In this document: one piece after another, positions 13,188 to 24,152 of the stretch
Layout of the letters: each line of letters begins with the position of its first letter
Numbering within the stretch: the first letter of the stretch is position 1
Origin: Welwitschia mirabilis
Taxonomy: Eukaryota
Assembly: GCA_051453625.1 (NCBI GenBank)
Contig: JBOZIK010000001.1
Span: 22,739,036-22,772,722, forward strand
Length of the DNA: 33,687 bases
Reading direction: 5' to 3'
Translations under genes and position numbers: made by a program
The notes under the pieces: generated by a model
Databases searched by the model: none
The model's input: the letters and a program-made list of their open reading frames with translations, nothing else
What the model was told of the DNA's origin: nothing

Positions 13188-13514
13188 TGTTGGAATGGAG
13201 GTTAAATGAAAGTGGTTTACAAAAAGAACTTATGGAGAAACACACTAAGTAGTTTATTACAATGATGTAGAATATGATTTGATACAAAACTAAAGACTGT
13301 AGCCCTTGTATACATAAGAAAGCAATAAAGACCAAAAACAAACTTAGAAAATGACAAAGGATGATAACCTTTTACACAGGAATGGCTTTGTTAATGATGT
13401 AATTTAATAAAATTTAAGAATATAGGGTTTATGTTTATAGATTTATAATTTATTTATTTAATACACTAATAACCTAATAGCTAAACCTAAGACTGTAGGA
13501 ATTAGGTTCCTACA
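13188..13514 (-). repeat. 3' LTR of copia element
   Basis: TGTTGG...CCTACA termini. Shares TTATGGAGAAACAC, TAGAATATGA, CTAAACCTAA and AGGTTCCTA with 17814-18115. Confidence 0.9.
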
Positions 13515-13530
13515 TTCCCATTGCTCTCCC
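13515..13530 (-). other. Polypurine tract of copia element
   Basis: Minus strand reads GGGAGAGCAATGGGAA, abutting the 3' LTR. Confidence 0.7.
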
Positions 13531-13544
13531 TTAATTCCAAGTCT

Positions 13545-15000
13545 AGAATTTCAAGATAGAAGTGAAAGTCTTTAAATTTTTTTGTAGGAAGAATCTTGGT
13601 AAAGATATATGTTACTTGGTGATAATGTAAATGAGTTTAACTTCTCGTTTGTTCCTCTAATTCTAATATTGTGACAATGAATTTGGATATGTTTTAGCTT
13701 GTCATGAAAGATTGGATTCTATTGTCATAATAATTGCATTGGTAATGTTGCAATAGAGATGAAATGATGGAAAAGTAAACTGTGATATTACTTTTGAAGC
13801 GATAATGTATTTTGCTTTTGCAGTGGAAAGTGAAACTGTATTTTACTCTTCGAAGTTTTATAAAATAAAACAATTTCCAAATTAGAAATAATAACCTAAC
13901 ATGGATTTTTAATCATCTAGATCTCTAACCCAAGTAGCATAGTAGGCAAGTCCATACATGAAAGTACCATTTATTTATCTCAGAGCATGTTTTGTAGCTT
14001 TTAAGTGTGCTTCTTTAGATGACTACATAAACCTTAGTAGGCAAGTAACTATAAACTATATATCTCATTTTTTGTTAACTACCCAATTAAGGAAAGATGC
14101 AAGAAAGGATCTATCAAATAAGAAGTATGATTTTTGAGTAATTTTGTTCTAGTGGATAAGTGAAGTGGGATTACACTCTTTAACATCTTGGAACATTCAA
14201 GTGGCTTAAGAGCATAGCTAGCTTGGGAAATTTGGAGTTTACTATGAACTTGGAATATTTCTAAACAAAGGAAGTATGATAAGCATCTAATGTTTGACAT
14301 ATCAAATTCACTACTCATAATAATTTTGAGCCACACATGTAAGTGTTCACATGATGAAAAGTAAATTAACTCATCAACATAAAGACTTAGGTAAATGTAG
14401 TCTCCTCCTTGTGTCTCCATTATAGAGATAGTTGATTGGTTTGAAAGAGTGATGAAACCTTCTTGCTTGAGAAACATGTCAATTTTCATTTACCAAGCTT
14501 GTGGAACTTGTTTCAATACATAAAAAGCTTTATGAACTCAACAAACTTTGTTTTCTTGAGCTAATACGTTGAATCCTTCTAGTTATTCAACATACATTTT
14601 TTTCCTAGGTACCCATGTAAGAATGTTGATGGTATATATACTTGATACAAAATATGTTTGTGTTTAGTGGTAAAAGAAAAAAGAATGCACACTATTTCGA
14701 CAAAAGTTACAAGGGTGAATCCTTCATCAAGGCAAATACCTCTTGCTAGATGTACCCCTTTGTTATGATTCATGCTTGCAATTCAAATTTTTCATTATGT
14801 TGATCTCGCTTGACTTTATAAATCCATTTGTTGCTTCATGTCTTGGTCTTGATAGAGGGCTCCAAGTCTTGTTCTTTGGGATTTATTCTCTCTCCTCACA
14901 CATGGTGTCCATCCAAGATGGATTGTGTTGCGCCTTTGCAAAACCTACTAATTCATTATTAGCTCTTCTCCAAGTCGTTATAAGCAAGCAAGGTTCCTCC
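13545..15000 (-). pseudogene. Copia reverse transcriptase and RNase H remnant
   Basis: NKTW, KAFYVLKQVPQAW (KALYGLKQAPRAW), LSLYVDELI (YVDD mutated to YVDE), TVSLSTAKAKYI, NPIFHDKLKHI and IFTKILP. Confidence 0.93.
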
Positions 15001-15348
15001 TAAAGTTAGTCTTATGGGACTAAGACGATTGTATGGTCACACAAAGGTTGGCAGTTTTGGGATTGTGTTATTGTTTGATTAAACGTGGTATCCAACAGTT
15101 GAGAAGGAGGGTGATAAGATTTGAGCCATTTAACACCCCTGGCTCAGGGCATGGTGTTGTTAGAAGATTGTGAAGGTGGTGTTGTTAGAGGATTGTGAGG
15201 ATGGAGCCATGCTAGAGTTGGCTTGAGAAAATGATGTGCCACTGGAAGATTTGGATAGGAAAATAGAATAGGAGACTTGTCTTGAAGGGTCAAGGACCCT
15301 CATATTTAGAAAATTTCATTGGAGAGAGACTACCCTCAAAAAATGAGT

Positions 15349-16157
15349 CGTTACCTGTTTTGAATGGCGTGCCCTTGATTGAATGGGGAATTGTCCGTTG
15401 TGAAAATAATATGATTGCATGCCTCCTGTTGTAAACAGAAACCCTAATTTGTGCAGTTGCTGATAGGGTGGCAGATGTAGATAACGTTGCAGAGATGTCG
15501 TTGGTAAGAGAACTAATATCACGTTGATGCTCTGTGATAGCTGCATTGGAGTTTGGAATGTGTCCTTCTGCTCTTCTATTTTGCGTGACGTTTTGGAAAT
15601 CACGGAGTATTGTGTCTTAGACGGGCGGTGCCAGCATGAAACCGGCAGGCTAAGGAGCTGTTTGTGCAGCGTCAAGTGGATTCTGTGTGCAAGGCGCTAG
15701 CAATTCTTGAGCACCATTTGGATGTTGCGGGGTGAAGGTGGCTCCACTGCCTTAAGTGTTATGTTCAAACAACGTATTCAGGATAGCATGTTGTCCATGA
15801 GCGTCATGCGCAGAAAGCTAAAAATATGCTGCATGGACGTTACTGTGATGCTGTGCGTGGGAACTTCAAGTTGCAGAGCGAAGGTGTCGTGGGAGTTCAC
15901 AGAAATCAGCAGAACGCTGCACGTCCATCACTGATGGCTCAGAAGTGGATTGACCAGAGCAGTTTGTGTTGAAGAGATGCTGACGCTGTGGTTTCTGCAG
16001 CGTTTGGTGGGGCGTGCTGTGTGAGAGTCATGAGATAAGTTGTAAGATGGATGATGGATGGCTGTTGCAGAGGCAAGGGGCGCTGGCTACCTTTTATTTC
16101 TGCGGGATCAACTTCGTATTTATGAAAGATCCCATGCCAATAAAATTTGGTAACACA
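15349..16157 (-). mobile_element. GC-rich foreign segment nested in the copia; probably a truncated LTR of another (Tat/Ogre-like) retrotransposon
   Basis: Abrupt rise in GC and CpG content, with no copia motifs. The minus strand begins TGTGTTACCAAATTTT followed by ATAAAAGG. AAACCCTAA occurs at ~15439. Confidence 0.5.
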
Positions 16158-17765
16158 ATCTTTAAATAGACTTGCTTGATCGTTAGTGTGGAGAAAATAT
16201 CCCCATGTCATGCATGAATGATCATCAATTATGATGAATAAATATTGGCTTTTGCCAATGTTAAGAGTTTACATTAGTCCACAAATGTCAATATGAACAA
16301 CATATAAACAAGCACAACACTTTCATTCACGAGTGGGAAATGGTACTATGTGAAAGTTGGATATTTGAAAAATAAATATCACAATTATTGTCATGCGCTA
16401 TAACAATGTTTTAGATTCCTCAAACTATATCTGAATCATATAATTCCTATAGAGAACAAAATTGACATCACCAAGGCATGCAGGCCATAGAAGAGAATGA
16501 TCCTGTACTACAAAGAGACACTTGATATCATGTTGAACCGTAATTGTATACATCTTATTAGCAATCATTGGTAGTAACTACCAATTCTTGTTCATTCTCA
16601 TCTCTAATAATATTGCAGCCATTCTTCGTAGATTACAATCTATAACCATTCTAACATAATTAACCAACACTTAAGATATTCTCATTAATTCTAGTACATA
16701 ATAGATGTTAGAGATGATGTACCCCCTTCTTGATTTTATGGCAAAGGTAAATGATTCAATGCCCTTGATGGTGAGAGTTTTGCTATTTCCAAAGGAAATG
16801 CTTCCACTATACTTTGGAAGATCTTAGAATAATTGTTTATTCCCAGTTAAATGATTACTATAGCCACTATCAAGGCACCATATATCTATGTCATCTTTTC
16901 TAGATTCTTTAGAGATGAGATCTTGTTCTTGTTAAACAAAGAACATTTTGATGCCTTGATATTCAGCCATGGTGAAATGAGTTTATGATCTTACAATAGT
17001 TGCAAAATTTATCACCTTGCTTTTTCCCATTGAATTTCTTCTTGCCTCCTTTATCTTTAGCTTTTCTTTGAGAACGGAAGGAATTTCCTAATGATCTTGA
17101 AGAAACTTGAGTACACATGTGTTTGAAATGCCTACGCTATGATATTCCCATAGTTGATTACTCTTTTTTCATAGGTATTCAAGATACTTATAAGCTCAAC
17201 CATCACTAAGTTTGAGATATCACAAGCCTCTTCAATTGGAAAGATGATAAGATCAAATCATTGTGATAAAATACATAGGACTTTTGCAACAATTGTTGCA
17301 TCATCAAGCTTACTATTTATTATATGTACAACATTACTAATGTCCTAAACCCTCTTAATAAATTAATTAATAGTGTCTAAGTTCTTCATCATATGTGACT
17401 GCAATTCTCTTCTAAGCGTTTAGCACTTAACAACTTAAACTTTTACGAGTCCTTTATAAGAAAAATATTCCAGCATCCTAAGCATCCTTGGGATATTGGT
17501 ACTTAATAATCTTTGAAAATATTATACTTGTTTAGGTGATGAATGATTTCACATTTACCTTCGTCCGAGCTTGAAATCCCTCTTTCTTTCATCAAAAAGA
17601 GTAGCAAATGCAAGAGGACCCATAACATCTGTGAAACCTATCACAATTAGATCCCACAACTCTTGCAAGAGTAAGAATATTTTCATCTTAATGGCCTAGT
17701 AGTCATAGTTAGCGCTAATGAATATTAGAACCTAAAGCAAAACTATGCCCAAAGTGTTTGTCATA
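16158..17765 (-). pseudogene. Copia gag, protease and integrase N-terminus remnant
   Basis: Gag NYDY*AIKMKIFLLLQELWDLI, protease WCLDSGYSNHLTG (~16840-16880), and integrase VHIDICG and IIDDHSCMTWGYFL. Confidence 0.92.
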
Positions 17766-17799
17766 TTGTAACAGTAGTTCTCACAAACCTCAATCTAAA

Positions 17800-17811
17800 T
17801 ATCTAGTACCA
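17800..17811 (-). other. Degenerate tRNA-iMet primer binding site
   Basis: Minus strand TGGTACTAGATA versus canonical TGGTATCAGAGC, 2 nt inside the 5' LTR boundary. Confidence 0.65.
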
Positions 17812-17813
17812 CT

Positions 17814-18115
17814 CATTGGAAGTAACATCAAAGAAACGTAGTTCACAATAAAGATAAATTATGGAGAAACACTAAATAGTTTATATTATAATAATTTAGA
17901 ATATGACTTAACATAGATCGCAAGACTAGGACCTTTATATGCATGAGAAATTACTAAAGATGCTAAGAAAAAACTACGTAAAAGACAAGTGATGACAACC
18001 ACCTGGACAAATAATAAAATTTAGGAATATAGGACTTGAGGATTTATAATCCATTTGTTTAATAAATTAATAAATTAATATCTAAACCTAATATTGTGAG
18101 AATGAGGTTCCTATA
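17814..18115 (-). repeat. 5' LTR of copia element
   Basis: Alignable to 13188-13514. The termini have decayed (CATTGG...CCTATA). Confidence 0.88.
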
Positions 18116-20446
18116 AAATTATCTCTAAAATCATAGGATTTTAACTTTTAAACATGATCTTTAAACATAAACCTTATTTCTAAATTTTCTGATCAAATTT
18201 TAACTACCTTATGTTGGATTATATGGGATCCTTGATGAAAATTTGGTTTTAAAAACAATGTTCTTCTACTTAGTAGCATAATGAAACTCATGCAAGTCTT
18301 GGTAATTCTTATATGCTTTAAGATTAGGCCTTTTAATCACATTGAAAACTTCTTTTGTTCCCCAACAAAACACAAATTTATATGGAGTAATTCAACATTT
18401 ATCCCAAAATAAATAATGCATTCAATGATGTTAAAATAAATATTGCAATAAAATGAATATTACGAACTACTTGTTTTCCCGAGCAAAGCCCAAATTTCTA
18501 TGTTTCAAAGATTAAAGTTGTAAGAAAGAGAGTGTCTTTTTATTTTTTCCCTTCTTTCTATTCTTCATGTTTTTTATTTTTCAGAAAAAAACAAAAGGAA
18601 AGGAGAAGAAGAAGAAGAAGAATTTAATCTAGGGAAATTAATACCACACTCTCCAAGAATACTAATTTTCTTCATTAGATGAAAACTCATGAGTGGGTCT
18701 TGCTAGCTTAGGAGTTGATCAATAGATGCCCAAGTCTTACTTGTGATAAATATTCAAGATGTTAAATCTCTTAAGTGCATCATAAGTAGATGGATTTTAG
18801 AAGATAGTCTGTGATAACTATACTAATTCAAAATTTAGTTTGACATTCTAGTATTATGTATTAAGTTTCTAACGATTTATGTTATGAATTCATTCTTCCT
18901 CTCTATGATCCCATTTTATTATGCTTTGCATTTGAAAAGTGTTTACTTTCTTTTCTCAATTATAAGCATAATCATAAAGCTTTTCACTGATGCTTTTTTT
19001 TTCTTTCATTCATGTGTATAGTTTTTATTGTTTTGTATTTCTCATTCTCCACATAAACTTTAATATTCTTAAAGTGTTCAACAGTTCCTAACTTCTATTT
19101 AGATGATATACATTTAAAAATCATTAGCAAAACTTAGAAAAGAAGCTTTCTCTTTAAGACCATGAATATTGATTGGTTTAAGTGACCTATCAATTACCTC
19201 TCATACCTCTACATTTGTTATTTGTGAAGGGGTAAAAAAATCTTTATTCCCATTTTGACAAGCATTAAAAAAAAAACTTTTTAGGATCTTGTAATCTTTA
19301 ATTATGAAATATACACTAATGTGATCCTCAACTAGTTCAACTATGGAGATCAAATCCCTGATAGGTTTTAGTATATATATCAGAGCTCTTAAACTTAATG
19401 TTTTTAAATTTATAGTTTCTATTTCACTTGCTTAAGATATTTTCCATCAATAATGATTACCATTGTGTATATGTTTATTCCATTAAGTTCGTCAAATAAA
19501 CTTATATTATAATCATTTGATTAATATGCTAGGAAAAATCATCTTTCCTTCTGGTGCTAAGTATAGATATCATATGTTACGTTAATCAAAGCTATTGTAT
19601 CTATTTTAGTCACATTAAATTTCCTTCTACAGTACTCCTATGTTCTTTACTCTTACTTCATCTTGACTATATTACATATGAGATACTTGGTTAGTTTTAC
19701 TATAGCACTTTTTCTCTTTCCATTATACCAACATGAGTTTATTAAATGCATTCATTCTCTTTAACATATGTCATAGTATCAACATTTTTCAATCTCCACT
19801 CTACAGAAAAATTTTATCTTACATTTAGGATCATTGTATTATTCTAAAGTTATCTCTAATTTCCAAGGCCTCCTCTATTTTTTCAAACTACTCCAAGAAT
19901 TATCTATCTATAAGCAAATCCAAAACAATTTCAAATGTAAATTCAAAATATTAAATAACTCAAATTCAACCTAAAGGTAAAGGGATGCATATTAATGTAT
20001 ATTATTTGTCCTTATGTGGCAAGATGTTTGAAGGTCCTATTTACTATGATAAGAACTTTTTAATAAATCAAAAATTCACTGCAGCTGATGGAGCTTAAAT
20101 TTTTGATAAAATAAGGTATTAATAGTTACTATTTTACATTACCTTTTAAAATTCAATACTGCATTTAGAGGTATCTTCACACTTTTCAGGTGACAGGGAC
20201 CTTGGACACTCAGTGATCTCAAGATGATGCATTATGATCTAGTTTAAGGCTGTTTGTGATGCTTGAAATTAGAAGATCAAGATCAAAGGTGGAAATGCAG
20301 ATCATGAAAGACTATTTTAATGTAGAAGATCTATAGATGATTCATAGTCCCTTTTCCATCATCATATCTTATCCTCAAATGATTTCGATTCATTCTAACA
20401 CTACATGCATGGCAGTAGATGACATTAGAGGCTTTTAGGACATCAA

Positions 20447-20534
20447 TACCTTAGATATTTACATTTGGAATGCTATAATTTATACATTTGTACCTTAGAT
20501 ATTTACATTTGGAATGCTATAATTTATACATTTG
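20447..20534. repeat. Perfect 2 x 44 bp tandem duplication
   Basis: TACCTTAGATATTTACATTTGGAATGCTATAATTTATACATTTG occurs twice. Copy B has a single unit (~24523-24567). Confidence 0.95.
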
Positions 20535-23008
20535 TAGTCATTTTTTGGACAAATTTGATGTTTTCATATAATATCAGCCACACAAGAGAAAATTGATTCA
20601 ATTTGCTTTTTGAAAGTTTAGTTAGTTAATTTCTCAAACTACCTATGATGCTGCATCATCATTTTCATGAGTAAATTAGTGCTATAGCATCATTTGATAG
20701 TTTTGCCTAGTCAAGCATGAATCACATGTGAAAATTTGATGGTTTTGAAAACTTCTTAGCCTAAAACCAACCCAATTTTATCTATAAACCTGCCCCCCCT
20801 CTCAATGTTCAAACTTAAATCATAATGTTACTCTATCATTTTTATTCCATTTTAATGTGATTCAAGCTATTCTCAAGTACTGACAAGGGATTTTCAACCA
20901 CATTTGTCTCCAAGTTGATCTTCTCTCTATGTCAACTTTGGAAGCCTTTTACATTCTTCGTTCACATTTTTCATTGTCACAAAAGCCCATTTTCAGCCTC
21001 TTAAATCCTTTTGCATTCGATTTTTCATCATCTTTGCTCCTATTTCCATCTATTGAAAGGGCATTGTAAGGATGATGAAGTGCACATGAGCGAGTAGTGT
21101 AAGGAAAAGAGAAGGCCTCAAATCTTGTAAGAAATTCGATTGAAGACTAATGGAAAGGGATGTGTATTTATTTAAAACCAATAAGTGTTCTATTCCATTT
21201 TTTTTATGCTTTTGATTACTTCATTTGTGAATTTGTATCATAATCTTCTTTCAATTTACTTAAACCTTTTATAGCATGTTGCATAATTACTACTAATTAG
21301 ATTGTTATACATTTAGTACCTATCATGACAATTTGAAATTTTATATCATTAATAACTCTATGTCAAAGGAATGATGTGTTTTATTCCTGTTCTTCCTTCT
21401 TTCCTTCATTTCTCTCATTTTTCTAATTCATTTTCCCACGATTCCACCTTTCTTCTGAGCTAAATGATGATGAATTTCTATTTTTGCTTTTTCAATAATA
21501 GTAGATTAGCTTGTAGATATGTTCTTTATATTTTATGAGATCAAAATTATCTATTTTTAAATTAATTCTTCTCTCTTCTTTCTCCTTTTCTCACAATCAA
21601 AGTAACTAGTGAATTTCAATGCTTATTTTGACTATAACTATATTTTTACAACTCCAATGGTTTTAACATTTTGTCAGTAGCTTATCCTCATTATTTATAA
21701 AATTTCATCCTTAAAACCCAAAGTCATCCTCTAAAATCCCTTTTTTGGCCATTTTCAGTCTTAGTTGCAGCTTTACTTTAAAAACTTTCTGAACTGTAAA
21801 CTCTTGATTTTCTTGATGTTGCATAATAAATTTCTCTGTTATTATTAATGTGTTTTTAGAAATTCAAGATTCTATCTTGCAATATTTTTTGATTAATTTT
21901 CAAATATGCAACACATTATTTCTCAAGTTTTATATTTTTCATCATATTCCTAGTTAAAGGAGAGTTGACTACAATGTTTGCAGTTTTTTTGTCTAAATGA
22001 ACTGTTTCTATCAGTTTCAATTGCTTCTACTTAATATTGAATTTTTAATTCTAGAAACTTGTTTTGGACATATTTTAAGAAAATTTTGAAGATTTTAAGA
22101 TTTCTTAGTGTATTGTTTGGAACTTTCACTTTCTTCTTCCTTTCTTTCTTTCATTCGGTCAAAATAGCTTAAAATTAACTAAGTGTTACTTTGATTTCAT
22201 AAATGTTCACATGCTAGTTTTTATCAATTCATTATTGATTTAAAATCTAATTCAGATATTTTAATACTTTTATAACACATTTCATGATAAGTAAAGAGTT
22301 ATCTTTCACATTAGTTATATTGTAATTTAGTGAAAATCTTAATAAAGTCAGACAATTTACTATGTCGATTTGAAGAATTTAGCTTTTCAAGTGTTATCTT
22401 TTAATTTTAGGATGTTTTAAATTTTATATAGAATTACATGTAATATCTAAATTATTTAATTACATCCATGTTACATGATTTCAAATAGTAAACTTTTCAA
22501 GGAAAATTATTTTTTGTATGAAATTGTCTTGGTAATTTTGACTATTTAAATTCTCTTACTTATTTGTTTGAGTTATAAATGATCTTAAAAACCTTAGTGA
22601 ATGTTTATAAAAGATTTTATTTTTTAATTTTATTGTATTTCTTCTTTAACATCTCGTGAAATGACATTTTTACACATGAAGTTCTTTATGATAATCTTAG
22701 TCGTGTTGTAATTACTTATACGTCACATGAAGAAATAGTTGTTTTACCATGTAAAGTGATAATTTGATAAGACAATATTATTATTTTCATATGAATTTGT
22801 TTCAAGTGTTTTTTTGGTTCGATACTCATGTGCTTCTACTATATATGCAATTTGACCTAGGAGATTTCTTTGTACTTTAATTTGAACTTTTTATACTTGA
22901 TTTGATTTTCTTGAGTTACGTTATCATGTTAAGTAGACATTTCTTTTTGTAAAGGCCTAGTGTGTGATCTCCTAATTCTAAAAATTAAGTTTTCACTTCA
23001 TTCAAAAT

Positions 23009-23026
23009 TGGCGCTATTGACAAGGA
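23009..23026 (+). other. Degenerate Athila-type primer binding site
   Basis: TGGCGCTATTGACAAGGA versus TGGCGCTGTTGCCGGGGA at 28829 (14/18 match), both preceded by AAAT. Confidence 0.7.
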
Positions 23027-24152
23027 TACTTGTTATTTTTATGTGAAAGATTATACCTTTCTTTGATAACTTACATACACCAATTAGAAGTTGCTTGATT
23101 TCAGGTGCTTTTTATATTGTAATTGCATTAACAAGATCTTAAGCATCACATTACTCTAACAAGCCTTTCAAGTGCACACATTCTAAGTTTTACTACTTTT
23201 TTATGCATCTATTTTCTTTTTAATACTATGCGTTCATGAGTAAAATTTGATTCATATTAGTAATTGTTTGCATAGTTATGAATCATATTCATCACATATT
23301 CCATGTTCACCTTTATTTTGATTCATCTTTTGGATGTAAATGTGATAAAATCTAAAAACCCAAAAGATTAAAAAATCCTTGTTACTTATTTTTTCTTTAC
23401 AACTTAAAAATATTAGTACTTTAAGTCTTACATAGTTGCATTCAGGAGGGTGATGAGCTTTAGGAAGGACCTAATCCTCTTTATTTTATAAAAATTATTA
23501 ATCTTAAAAACAAATCTTTTCATTTTTGTTTGGAAGTTTTCTTTTTCCTATAATAATTTATAACCAAGCTATGTATTTTTCACCTTAAAATCCTATTTTT
23601 CATTTAAGTTGGAGGGTATAACTGGTTGTTTCCTGATTTTTAAACCTCCACTTTTATCAATATTTTGTATTTAATACTTGATCATTTTTTATGATAGTGT
23701 ATATTTTACATGTGTGAAGTCTGTGTGATTCAATATCTTTTGTACCACTATTTTAAGATATGATATATGAGTGTGTTTAATTTCATTTAGCTCATATCCA
23801 TATTTTTATTTACTTGTTGCAAATAAAAAAAAAACTTAATAAACTTTGACTTAACTTTTTATGTTAATAAATAAAAGGTTGAAATTTCTGATGTATTTGC
23901 ATTTTGCTTACTATTTCCTATGATACATATATTTTTATGCTTTCATGGTTACCAGTGTTATTGCTTTTTATGTTGCTCTATTTACAAAACCAACATTTAG
24001 ATTCATAATCATCTACTTAATCTATTAATTGTTAGCATGATATCAACATTCAGATTAAGGATCATCCACCTAATCTATGAATTATTAGTATGCTTTATTC
24101 TTGTTATCATCATCACTAGCACAAGATGTACAAGGAGACTACTTGGGATGTG

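Larger units (their letters stand above)
13188..18115 (-). mobile_element. Degenerate full-length Ty1/copia LTR retrotransposon
   Basis: Paired ~300-330 bp LTRs, PBS, PPT and gag-PR-IN-RT-RH order on the minus strand. Flanks AAAAT (13183-13187) and AAATT (18116-18120) match 4/5 as a candidate TSD. Confidence 0.95.
20086..23730 (+). repeat. Long direct repeat copy A (putative ~2.9 kb LTR 20086-23004 plus start of internal region)
   Basis: Starts TGATG and is colinear with 24153-27290. TATA-like CTATAAA at ~20782. Ends ...TTCA before an Athila-like PBS. Confidence 0.85.

Noticed and set aside
15316..16211. ORFs of 119, 75 and 90 aa as real genes
   Set aside because: No recognisable domain beyond the copia-derived first ~17 residues of the 90 aa ORF. 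Longer chance ORFs are expected in GC-rich DNA.
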